Below are positions 8,587 through 17,104 of a DNA stretch of 32,000 nt, in pieces (position 1 is the stretch's first letter; every line of letters begins with the position of its first letter). A model generated the notes under the pieces. That model searched no databases. It was not told the DNA's origin and worked only from the letters and a program-made list of their open reading frames with translations. Position numbers and translations under genes: made by a program. This DNA comes from Nostoc sp. PCC 7120 = FACHB-418 (GTDB lineage: Bacteria > Cyanobacteriota > Cyanobacteriia > Cyanobacteriales > Nostocaceae), in contig NC_003272.1 of NCBI RefSeq assembly GCF_000009705.1, positions 750,001 to 782,000 on the forward strand. Direction: 5' to 3'.

Positions 8587-10725
8587 ATGGAACCCTCATC
8601 ACTAGTTCTTGCTCTAGAACAAACTTCTGAAGTTCTTGGCAAAGAACCAATTGTTCCTTTCGCAATTTTACTGGTAGTCCTCTTAGTTGTACCCATCCTC
8701 TTTGAAAGGCTAAGATTACCAGGAATAGTGGGTTTAGTCCTCTCTGGATTAGTCTTAGGTCCATCGGGGTGGAACCTATTCCATACAAAATCACCGATGA
8801 TTAGCCTGCTATCAGATATTGGCTTAGTTTATTTGATGTTTGTCGCAGGTCTAGAGGTAGATTTAGAATTGTGGCGGCGGCGGCAAAGACGTGCTTTAGG
8901 GTTTGGCTGCGTTAGTTTTACTATACCGTTGTTGATTGGCACTTTAGTAGGAAGATTTTTTCACTTTGGTTGGAATACTTCCGTATTAATCGGCTCACTT
9001 TTAACTTCTTATAGTCTGTTAGCTTATCCTATTATCAACCGATTAGGTGTCATCAGTAACCAAGCAGTCACAATTACAATTGGGGCTACAGTTTTTACAG
9101 ATATTAGCGCACTTATAGTATTAGCTATTTGCATTCCAGCTTTTCAAATGGGAATGTCAAATATTTACCAGATACTCTCCCTCTTAGGTTGGTTAATTAT
9201 TTACTCGATCGTGATTTTAGTGGGATTTGATTGGGCTGGGAGAGAATTTTTTCGGCGTTCGGGAGACGATGAAGGTAACAAATTTTTATTTGTCTTACTC
9301 ACCGTATTTCTAGCAGTTGTAGTAGCTCAACTGATTGGGATAGAAAAAATTCTGGGAGCTTTTTTAGCAGGTTTAGCAGTAAATGAGGCTGTTGGTGAGG
9401 GGCCTGTTAAAGAAAAAATAGTTTTTGTTGGTAGTGTCTTATTTATTCCGATTTTTTTTATTAACCTCGGCTTGCTGATTGACTTGCCTGGTTTAGTTAA
9501 TAGTCTGTTTACTCTCCAGTTAACCAGTTTGATTGTTATCAGCTTGGTTGCTAGCAAATTTATCGCCGCTTGGTTAGCTAAGGTGTTTTATGGCTACAGT
9601 TGGCAGGAAATGTTGACTATGTGGTCGCTATCTATTCCCCAGGTTGGTACAACATTAGCTGCTACCTTCGTAGGGTATCACACAGGTTTACTTTCATCGG
9701 CAGTTTTAACTAGTGTTGTGATCTTAATGTTAATCACTGCAACCTTAGGCCCATTGATTACTAGTCGCACCGCCAGAGCTTTAACTACCGTATCAATTAC
9801 AGAATCGGTGGATGCAAATCTGCCTGAGCCACAGGTAATAGAAACCCAAAATGGTAACTTTACTATCGTTGTACCGATTTATAATCCCCATACTCAACAA
9901 TATTTGGTGGAAATGGCAGCATTGCTAGCACATCAAGCTCAAGGGCGAATCATACCATTAACGATCGCCACAGCTGCGGCTCATATGGATGCACCCCAAC
10001 TAGAATCAACATTGCAAAGAAGTGAGCGATTATTAGCCAAAGCCACCAGCCAAAGTCAAGCCTTGGGTGTAGCAGCCTCGCCATTACTCCGCATTGACGA
10101 TGCTTCTGCGCCGGGAATTAGTAGAGCAGCGCGTGAGCAAAAAGCCAATTTAATTGTTATGGGTTGGGGTAAACGGACTGGTTTAAGAGCGCGGTTATTT
10201 GGCAATGTCATTGATAATGTTTTGTGGTCGTCCCATTGTCCAGTGGCGGTAACACGTCTTGTAGAATCACCCAAGAAAATTCAACGTATCCTAGTACCGG
10301 TGGAAAACTTAATCACACCAACATTACAGCCTGTACAATTTGCCCAGATGTTAGCAGAAGCCAATCAAGCCCAAGTGACAGTGTTGAATGTGTGCGATCG
10401 CCGCACAAGTTCCAGTAAAATTGCTTCTAGGCGATCGCAACTTGCTTTATTAGTATCTAAATTAGCTTTGCCCAACTCACCCGAAGTGCAAATTATTGCT
10501 CATGAAAATGCTGCTCAAGCCATTTTGCAAGCAGCGCGATTATATGACCTAGTAGTTTTACCCTTTATCCGTAACCGAACAAGTCCTGGAGGATTAGCTC
10601 TCAGCGATGTCACCACTCAGTTAGCCAGTCAACTCACCTGCTCCATCGTCATGTTAGGAGAACCGCAACGCCTGCAAACAGGTAATATCACCTCTGTAGC
10701 TCCTAACACTACGACAGCAGTATAA
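8587..10725 (+). CDS. Cation:proton antiporter (CPA2/Kef-NhaS type) fused to a C-terminal tandem universal-stress-protein (USP)-like region
   Basis: The N-terminal roughly 400 aa are multi-TM with LPGIVGLVLSGLVLGP and GAFLAGLAV motifs. The C-terminal roughly 300 aa are soluble and contain USP-like segments (ANLIVMGWGKRTG..., CPVAV, ILVPV). Confidence 0.85.
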   Translation: MEPSSLVLALEQTSEVLGKEPIVPFAILLVVLLVVPILFERLRLPGIVGLVLSGLVLGPSGWNLFHTKSPMISLLSDIGLVYLMFVAGLEVDLELWRRRQRRALGFGCVSFTIPLLIGTLVGRFFHFGWNTSVLIGSLLTSYSLLAYPIINRLGVISNQAVTITIGATVFTDISALIVLAICIPAFQMGMSNIYQILSLLGWLIIYSIVILVGFDWAGREFFRRSGDDEGNKFLFVLLTVFLAVVVAQLIGIEKILGAFLAGLAVNEAVGEGPVKEKIVFVGSVLFIPIFFINLGLLIDLPGLVNSLFTLQLTSLIVISLVASKFIAAWLAKVFYGYSWQEMLTMWSLSIPQVGTTLAATFVGYHTGLLSSAVLTSVVILMLITATLGPLITSRTARALTTVSITESVDANLPEPQVIETQNGNFTIVVPIYNPHTQQYLVEMAALLAHQAQGRIIPLTIATAAAHMDAPQLESTLQRSERLLAKATSQSQALGVAASPLLRIDDASAPGISRAAREQKANLIVMGWGKRTGLRARLFGNVIDNVLWSSHCPVAVTRLVESPKKIQRILVPVENLITPTLQPVQFAQMLAEANQAQVTVLNVCDRRTSSSKIASRRSQLALLVSKLALPNSPEVQIIAHENAAQAILQAARLYDLVVLPFIRNRTSPGGLALSDVTTQLASQLTCSIVMLGEPQRLQTGNITSVAPNTTTAV

Positions 10726-11009
10726 ACACCCCTACACCCTTACACCCCCATACCCTTAATTCCTGACAACGTACTCTAACAAGACTTTATTTTGTTGAAG
10801 ATTTGATGAATTATTGATCAAAAGACACAAATACTTCATGATGTTTGTTATTTTGCTAAGTGAATTAACAAAAATCTAAAGAAAATGTAAACACCCCAAG
10901 CAAAAATCTGGAATGAGTATTGTTCCTGCTGTATTGTCATATTTGGGCTAGATGGTTTAGAACCAATATCAAAAGCTACTAACAATATCTATTAAGTAAC
11001 TGGGAAAAT

Positions 11010-11945
11010 ATGAGAATTTTGGTGACTGGCGGTGCAGGATTTATTGGTTCTCATCTTATTGATCGGCTGATACCTCAAGGCCATGAAGTTATTTGTTTAG
11101 ATAACTTCTACACCGGCGACAAACGCAATATCCATAAATGGGCGAACCATCCCAATTTTGAACTTATCCGCCATGATATAACCGAACCAATTAGGTTAGA
11201 AGTCGATCAGATTTATCATTTAGCTTGTCCAGCTTCCCCAGTACACTATCAGTACAACCCAGTCAAAACCGTTAAAACTAACGTGATGGGTACACTAAAT
11301 ATGTTAGGGTTAGCCAAACGTGTCAAGGCGAGATTTTTCCTAGCGTCCACTAGTGAAGTATACGGTGACCCTGAGATCCATCCCCAAACAGAGGAGTACC
11401 GAGGTAATGTTAACCCTATCGGTATCCGTTCTTGCTACGACGAAGGCAAAAGAATTGCGGAAACCCTGGCATTTGATTATTACAGACAAAATAAAGTTGA
11501 TATTCGAGTTGTCCGTATATTCAACACCTACGGCCCCAGGATGTTAGAAAACGACGGGCGGGTGGTGAGTAATTTTATAGTTCAAGCTTTACGAGGCACA
11601 CCTTTAACGGTGTACGGTGATGGCTCACAAACTCGGAGTTTTTGCTATGTCTCAGACCTGGTGGAAGGCTTTATCCGCTTGATGAATAGCGATTACGTCG
11701 GGCCAGTCAATTTAGGAAATCCTGGTGAATACACCATTCTAGAATTAGCGCAAGCTGTGCAAAATTTGATCAATCCAGATGCACAGATCAAGTTTGAACC
11801 ATTGCCTGCTGATGATCCACGTCGTCGCCAACCAGATATTACAAAAGCCAGAACCTTGCTCAATTGGGAACCAACCATTCCTCTAGAAGAAGGGTTAAAG
11901 CTGACGATAGAAGATTTCCGCGATCGCATCAAGAGTGCCGTCTAG
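11010..11945 (+). CDS. uxs: UDP-glucuronate decarboxylase (UDP-xylose synthase), SDR family
   Basis: [20 protein letters not shown]...[15 protein letters not shown]...STSEVYGDP...CYDEGKR...[10 protein letters not shown]. This is the classic UXS signature, with the Rossmann GxxGxxG motif and the YxxxK catalytic motif. Confidence 0.9.
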   Translation: MRILVTGGAGFIGSHLIDRLIPQGHEVICLDNFYTGDKRNIHKWANHPNFELIRHDITEPIRLEVDQIYHLACPASPVHYQYNPVKTVKTNVMGTLNMLGLAKRVKARFFLASTSEVYGDPEIHPQTEEYRGNVNPIGIRSCYDEGKRIAETLAFDYYRQNKVDIRVVRIFNTYGPRMLENDGRVVSNFIVQALRGTPLTVYGDGSQTRSFCYVSDLVEGFIRLMNSDYVGPVNLGNPGEYTILELAQAVQNLINPDAQIKFEPLPADDPRRRQPDITKARTLLNWEPTIPLEEGLKLTIEDFRDRIKSAV

Positions 11946-12101
11946 GATACAGGCTACTTAGGAGCCTGGGGTACTGTTCTCAAATGCTAGCTAACTTTAT
12001 TTGAGCAGGTATTTCGGCAACAGTACAGCATGAAAAAGTGTAAATGTCATCTTGACAAATCTTTGTTTTAAAAGTAACCCCCTAGTGAGGAGTTCAACAA
12101 A

Positions 12102-13487
12102 ATGCGTGTTTGTGTAATTGGTACTGGTTATGTTGGCTTGGTAACAGGAGCTTGCTTGGCTCACATCGGACATGATGTGATTTGCATAGATAACAACGAA
12201 GAAAAAGTCAAGATCATGAAGGCCGGGCAATCACCAATTTTTGAGCCTGGACTTTCAGAAATTATGCAGTCGGCGATCCAATCCGGCAAGATTCAATTTT
12301 CTACCGATTTGGCAGCAGGTGTAGCCCACGGAGAAATCTTATTTATTGCTGTTGGTACTCCACCATTACCCACCGGTGAAAGCGACACCCGCTATGTAGA
12401 AGCTGTAGCCCGTGGTATCGGTGCTAACCTCAACGGTGGTTATAAAGTAATTGTTAATAAATCTACAGTACCCATCGGTTCCGGCGACTGGGTAAGAATG
12501 ATCGTTCTGGATGGGATTGCAGAACGTCAAAAAACCCTCGTAACCGCAGGTGGTAGTGTTGAGGATAAATTACCCGAATTACCTCAGTTTGATGTAGTTA
12601 GTAACCCAGAATTCTTGCGAGAAGGTTCAGCAGTATACGACACATTTAACCCAGACCGCATTGTTTTGGGAGGTAATAGCTCCAGAGCGATCGCGGCAAT
12701 GCAAGAATTATACGCCCCAATTGTCGAGCGCAAATTTGCAGAAAACCAATCTTTACCACCAGTACCCATTCTGGCTACAGACCTCAGTTCCGCAGAAATG
12801 ATTAAATATGCGGCGAACGCTTTCTTAGCCACTAAGATTAGTTTTATTAACGAAGTAGCTAATATTTGCGATCGTGTCGGTGCAGATGTTACCCAAGTTG
12901 CCAAAGGTATCGGTTTAGACTCCCGTATTGGTAACAAATTCTTACAAGCTGGTATTGGTTGGGGTGGTTCCTGTTTCCCCAAAGACGTAGCTGCACTGAT
13001 TCACACCGCCGACGACTACGGTTATGAAGCCCAGCTATTAAAATCTGCTGTTAGCGTCAACGAGCGTCAACGCTTGATTGCTTTAGAAAAACTGCAACAA
13101 GTCCTGAAAATCCTCAAAGGCAAAACTGTTGGGTTACTCGGTTTAACCTTTAAGCCCGACACCGACGACTTACGTGATGCACCAGCATTGAACTTAATTG
13201 AGCAACTGAACCGCTTAGGCGCTAAAGTTAAAGCCTACGACCCCATAGTGTCCCAAACAGGTATGCGTCATGGTCTTTCTGGCGTATTAGTAGAAACCGA
13301 TGCTGAACGTTTGGCTGATGGCTGTGATGCGTTGGTACTTGTGACAGAATGGCAGCAATTTAGCGGTCTTGACTACGCCAAAATGGCCAAACTAATGAAT
13401 AACCCCGTCGTTATTGACGGTCGTAACTTCCTTGACCCTGAGACTCTGGTACGGGCTGGATTCCAGTACGTAGGCGTTGGCAGATAG
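12102..13487 (+). CDS. ugd: UDP-glucose 6-dehydrogenase
   Basis: MRVCVIGTGYVGLVTGACLA..., NPEFLREG and the GWGGSCFPKDV catalytic Cys motif are present in a 461-aa ORF. Confidence 0.92.
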   Translation: MRVCVIGTGYVGLVTGACLAHIGHDVICIDNNEEKVKIMKAGQSPIFEPGLSEIMQSAIQSGKIQFSTDLAAGVAHGEILFIAVGTPPLPTGESDTRYVEAVARGIGANLNGGYKVIVNKSTVPIGSGDWVRMIVLDGIAERQKTLVTAGGSVEDKLPELPQFDVVSNPEFLREGSAVYDTFNPDRIVLGGNSSRAIAAMQELYAPIVERKFAENQSLPPVPILATDLSSAEMIKYAANAFLATKISFINEVANICDRVGADVTQVAKGIGLDSRIGNKFLQAGIGWGGSCFPKDVAALIHTADDYGYEAQLLKSAVSVNERQRLIALEKLQQVLKILKGKTVGLLGLTFKPDTDDLRDAPALNLIEQLNRLGAKVKAYDPIVSQTGMRHGLSGVLVETDAERLADGCDALVLVTEWQQFSGLDYAKMAKLMNNPVVIDGRNFLDPETLVRAGFQYVGVGR

Positions 13488-13534
13488 GTAAGTATCTTAT
13501 TTGCACAAGAAGTTTGAGTGATTAAATAACTCTC

Positions 13535-13572
13535 AATACCGCTTAGTATTTCTAGGCGGTATTTAATTTTGC
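13535..13572. terminator. Hairpin between convergent ugd and ybaK
   Basis: AATACCGC (13535-13542) pairs with GCGGTATT (13556-13563), followed by TTAATTTT. Confidence 0.5.
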
Positions 13573-13574
13573 GA

Positions 13575-14045
13575 CTAATCTTGTGCAATAGCCCCCACAA
13601 CGCCATTGAGCGCAGATAAATAATCAGATGGGTTAAGCAGAATTAACATTCCTCGCATCCCACCAGAAACCGTTATTTTCTCAAACAGGGTTGCTGTCTC
13701 GTCAACATAAGTGGGATAGCTTTTTTTGCTAGCTAAAGCTGTGACACCACCACGAATATAACCTGTTAGCGGCTGCACTTCCTTCAGTGGAACCGTTTCA
13801 ATTTTGCGATTTCCAGAAATCCGAGCTAAGGCTTTTAAATCTAAATGAGCATTTCCAGGTAAGACAGCAAAACAGATACCTGTTTGGTCACCCCTGACTA
13901 CTAGGGTTTTAAAAACTTGTTCTGGAGGAAGTCCAACTTTTTGGGCTGTACTTTCAGCCGCCAAATCATCAGGATCTACCTCATAGTTGAGAATTTCATA
14001 GGTAATGCCTAGTTTATCCAGTAGTCGAGCCGCATTAGTTTTCAT
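13575..14045 (-). CDS. ybaK: Cys-tRNA(Pro)/Cys-tRNA(Cys) deacylase YbaK
   Basis: MKTNAARLLDKLGITYEILNYEVD...FKTLVV...GYIRGGVT... is the YbaK/EbsC signature. ATG at 14045 is preferred to the track start at 14072. Confidence 0.85.
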   Translation of the reverse strand: MKTNAARLLDKLGITYEILNYEVDPDDLAAESTAQKVGLPPEQVFKTLVVRGDQTGICFAVLPGNAHLDLKALARISGNRKIETVPLKEVQPLTGYIRGGVTALASKKSYPTYVDETATLFEKITVSGGMRGMLILLNPSDYLSALNGVVGAIAQD

Positions 14046-14049
14046 TCTA

Positions 14050-14196
14050 TCAATAGTCGCTATCAGCCACACAAATACCTTTACATTTAATACCGTTCGT
14101 AGCAGTGCGCTGACAATGAGGACAGAGAACTTTTTCGTCCTCTGTTTCTTGATTGGTATTTATATTACCGCTTGCCTGTAATTTATCTTTTTCCAT
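14050..14196 (-). CDS. Small Cys4 (zinc-ribbon-like) protein; start uncertain
   Basis: The track ORF 14050..14283 ends ...VLCPHCQRTATNGIKCKGICVADSDY, with spacing CxxC-x9-CxxxC. The longest form overlaps the cyclase stop, so the internal ATG at 14196 (MEKDKLQ...) is chosen. Coding status is unproven. Confidence 0.3.
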   Translation of the reverse strand: MEKDKLQASGNINTNQETEDEKVLCPHCQRTATNGIKCKGICVADSDY

Positions 14197-14230
14197 GTGA
14201 AATTTTACATCATTCCGGGCTGCGAATAAA

Positions 14231-15649
14231 TTAACCAACGATTGCATTAATTTTACCTTTGAGCCAGTAGGTTTGCATATCACCCTTACCTTTGATTGCA
14301 GTTACCCCCCTGTCCTCGAACAAAAAGCTGTCTTTGAGAAGTTCGTGGGATGCAGCACTAACATGGATGCGATTGGGGGTTCCGTGGGATTCCATTCGAC
14401 TGGCAATATTGACGGTATCTCCCCACAGGTCGTAAATGAATTTCTTGATGCCAATGACTCCCGCAACCACCGGTCCACTATTAATACCGATGCGAATTTT
14501 AAATTGTTCGCCGGTATCAAGATTAAATTGAGCGATCGCATCTAGTATATCCAAACCCATATGCGCGATCGCAATTGCATGGTCAGGACGGGGATTGGGT
14601 AATCCTCCAACCACCATATAGGCATCACCAATGGTTTTGATTTTTTCTAAGTTGTAAGATTCTGCCAGTAAATCAAACCGGGAAAAGATTTGATTGAGTA
14701 AATCAACTAACCGTTGGGGAGGTATGCGACCCGATAAATCGGTAAACCCGACAATATCTGCAAACATTACAGTTGCATCGCTAAAACCATCCGCAATCAT
14801 CATTTGGGAAGTCTGGGGACTCGGTTGAGATTGTTTGAGTCTTTCGGCAATAGCTTGGGGTAAAATATTCAACAAAAGTTTCTCTGATTGGGCTTGTTCG
14901 ACGGCTAATCTTTTGGCTGTCATTTGGGTTTCTTGTAACGCAGTTGTCAACTTTGTGACACTGTCCTGTATTTTTTGCACCGCCGGTCGAAATATTAATA
15001 TTCCTTCCAAAAATAAAACGAATAGCGTAATTGCCAGTAAAGTATATTCCACTTGCTTGAGGCGATTTACACCAGCAATTGTTTCTTTGGTAAACCAATC
15101 ACCAATTTCTTCCAATCCTTGCATTAAGACTCTTTCTTCGGCTAATAACTGAGCAAGAGTCGGTTTTTCAGAGACATTAACCCGTCTTATTAGTAGGGGA
15201 TTCGTATTATTTGGCACTCCACCTTCTAGGAGAAATCTGCCTGCTGCTTCACGAAAACCCTTGCCCGAAGGTTGAATTTTTCCTAACTTCTTGCCTAAGA
15301 TAGTCTTTTGAGATTGGGAAAAACTGGGAATATCTTGAGTTGCGATCGCAAGTTTTTCTCCTGATTCTTGCCAATCTTCGATTAGTTGTCGCAGCTGCTG
15401 TAAATTTGGTTGAGAATTGTTTCTATTTGGCTCTAATCCCAGAAATGCCACAAATTTGACGACTTCTTGGCAAATGGTTCGCCTTTTTTCAATTAAACTG
15501 ACAACTTCTAAATTTTTCTCTTGCTGCGATAGCATCCCTTGAATAATTACTTGTCCTGTAATCGATAAACACGCCAACAAACTTAGCGATACAGTATAAA
15601 AAACCGTCAAATGGCGAGTGGAGTTTGAAGACGAGGGCTGTTTCTCCAT
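14231..15649 (-). CDS. Membrane-anchored class III adenylate/guanylate cyclase with an N-terminal sensor region between two TM segments
   Basis: The C-terminal CHD domain has VMFADIVGFTDLS, KTIGDAYMVVGG, RIGINSGPVVAGVIG and DLWGDTVNIASRMES. TM helices sit near aa 15-35 and 200-220. Confidence 0.9.
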   Translation of the reverse strand: MEKQPSSSNSTRHLTVFYTVSLSLLACLSITGQVIIQGMLSQQEKNLEVVSLIEKRRTICQEVVKFVAFLGLEPNRNNSQPNLQQLRQLIEDWQESGEKLAIATQDIPSFSQSQKTILGKKLGKIQPSGKGFREAAGRFLLEGGVPNNTNPLLIRRVNVSEKPTLAQLLAEERVLMQGLEEIGDWFTKETIAGVNRLKQVEYTLLAITLFVLFLEGILIFRPAVQKIQDSVTKLTTALQETQMTAKRLAVEQAQSEKLLLNILPQAIAERLKQSQPSPQTSQMMIADGFSDATVMFADIVGFTDLSGRIPPQRLVDLLNQIFSRFDLLAESYNLEKIKTIGDAYMVVGGLPNPRPDHAIAIAHMGLDILDAIAQFNLDTGEQFKIRIGINSGPVVAGVIGIKKFIYDLWGDTVNIASRMESHGTPNRIHVSAASHELLKDSFLFEDRGVTAIKGKGDMQTYWLKGKINAIVG

Positions 15650-15889
15650 AGTTAAAAATTACTAGAAAAATTAAGCATTTGTGCTTTTATGATTCCCCGT
15701 TAGTCCGAACAACCACCAAAAGACCCAAGCATAAAGTCCTATTTTGATAAGAGACCATTTATAAAGTAAATATTTAGAGGGCTAGACGACCTGACTTTTC
15801 CCGTTAAGTCTGTTTTGCAAGCTGCCAACCCTCACAAAAGTGTGCAATTTTAACCAACCTTGCCACAGTACCTGGATACCAATTGGTGT

Positions 15890-16165
15890 TCGGCTTCGAT
15901 GTTTTAGGTAGCCGCCAAGACGAGCTATCGCTTCGACAGCCTTTATCTATATCTGATGAAATATCACCCAAGAAGTAACTCGCCGAAAGTATTGCTATAC
16001 GAAGATTACAGCCTTAGTGTACAATTTTCTCGTTTCGGCACGGTGATGCCAGTGAAAGCGATAGCCGACAAGCATTTTCAAAGAAGAAACGTAAGCGAAC
16101 GCTCTTTCTCACAGTTCGCACGATTACTGAGATACAAAGACTGTAAAAAAATGGTCAATTTCTAG
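15890..16165 (+). pseudogene. Possible degenerate IS200/IS605-family TnpB fragment
   Basis: The track ORF 15956..16165 reads ...KVLLYEDYSLS...QRRNVSERSFSQFARLLRYKD. It loosely mirrors the TnpB RuvC-II region (IAIEDLNVKGM...LAKSISDASWGEFVRQLEYKA). The upstream frames are broken by stops. This is a weak similarity recalled from memory. Confidence 0.25.
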
Positions 16166-16323
16166 CTATAATTTTTAACTTATTATAATAAATAAAATCT
16201 TTAATTTAGGGATTTTGTGCATTTTTAAATTTTTATTTTAGGGATAAAACTTGGTATTTCCAAATTTTGAAATTTTTCATAAATTAATAAATTACATTCT
16301 TACAAGAACATTATCATTAAGAA

Positions 16324-16358
16324 ATGGCATAGAGCCGAGATAACTGGCTCTATGCCAT
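16324..16358 (-). terminator. Perfect 13-bp stem hairpin
   Basis: ATGGCATAGAGCC (16324-16336), a 9-nt loop, then GGCTCTATGCCAT (16346-16358). On the minus strand the stem is followed by TTTCTT. Confidence 0.45.
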
Positions 16359-16472
16359 AGTCATATTCAGTGCAAATGAGTTAAATTGAACAAATTAACT
16401 GAACTACCTAGTTAAACTGATTTACTAGTTTCATCTCAACAATAAACAATTTTTAACTCTACATATTTATTG

Positions 16473-16652
16473 TTAGAGTCCAATTTCACCTACTACCGTT
16501 TCTTTATCAGGATTTCCTTGAATATACTTCAACACAATCTTTACACCCAATCCATTTTGGCGAAAGGCAATCTGATAATGGTCTGGGTTGAGGTCTTTAT
16601 TGTTGTCTTTGATAAAACTAAAAAAGTTTACCAAACTGAAGTTTGTATTCAT
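16473..16652 (-). CDS. Hypothetical 59-aa protein
   Basis: The minus-strand frame from ATG at 16652 to TAA at 16473-16475 reads MNTNFSLVNFFSFIKDNNKDLNPDHYQIAFRQNGLGVKIVLKYIQGNPDKETVVGEIGL. It looks more protein-like than the overlapping plus-strand track ORF 16470..16682. I recognise no homolog. Confidence 0.35.
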   Translation of the reverse strand: MNTNFSLVNFFSFIKDNNKDLNPDHYQIAFRQNGLGVKIVLKYIQGNPDKETVVGEIGL

Positions 16653-16824
16653 CTGTTTTCTCTCATGACATGGATAAAGTAAGTAGAAGATTATAGATAA
16701 TCTAGCTATAAATTTATAGATATAAAAAATATAACTAGGAACTAAACTCTCAACTTAACTAAATTGAGTAATGAGTTGATTTCGTTTATCTTTCTTCTGA
16801 TTATTTATAAGTGTCGCCGAAATT

Positions 16825-17045
16825 AGCTTATGCAGTTGGAATAATTGATCTGTCCTGAAAATAAATAATGTAAAAATATATACATACTTTTACGACGGTA
16901 AATAAGAGCCAATGATTTTGTTCTCCGCCCATTATGAATGCACTTAATTTATTACCGCAGAGTAAAAAGATACACACGACTATAGGCGCTCACGATTAAA
17001 ACTTGTGAGTTTACTAAGTGTATCTTTTTAGCAACTGCATAAGCT
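16825..17045. repeat. 221-bp module bounded by 14-nt perfect inverted termini, with nested inverted repeats
   Basis: AGCTTATGCAGTTG (16825-16838) faces CAACTGCATAAGCT (17032-17045). Nested inside are TAAAAAGATACAC (16963-16975) / GTGTATCTTTTTA (17019-17031) and CTCAC...GTGAG. The same 12-nt termini bound a second module at 27362-27570. Confidence 0.7.
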
Positions 17046-17104
17046 CACAATACAGGTCTCTATTTAGTTACAGAAATAATATCTTACATATCTAAGGAGA
17101 GAGA

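Noticed and set aside
12584-12982. 132-aa minus-strand ORF
   Set aside because: It is fully embedded antisense in ugd, whose identity is unambiguous.
16470-16682. 70-aa plus-strand track ORF
   Set aside because: The translation looks like junk: low complexity, rich in I/F/L, starting at a non-ATG codon. The minus-strand 59-aa frame over the same DNA looks more protein-like, though it is also unproven.
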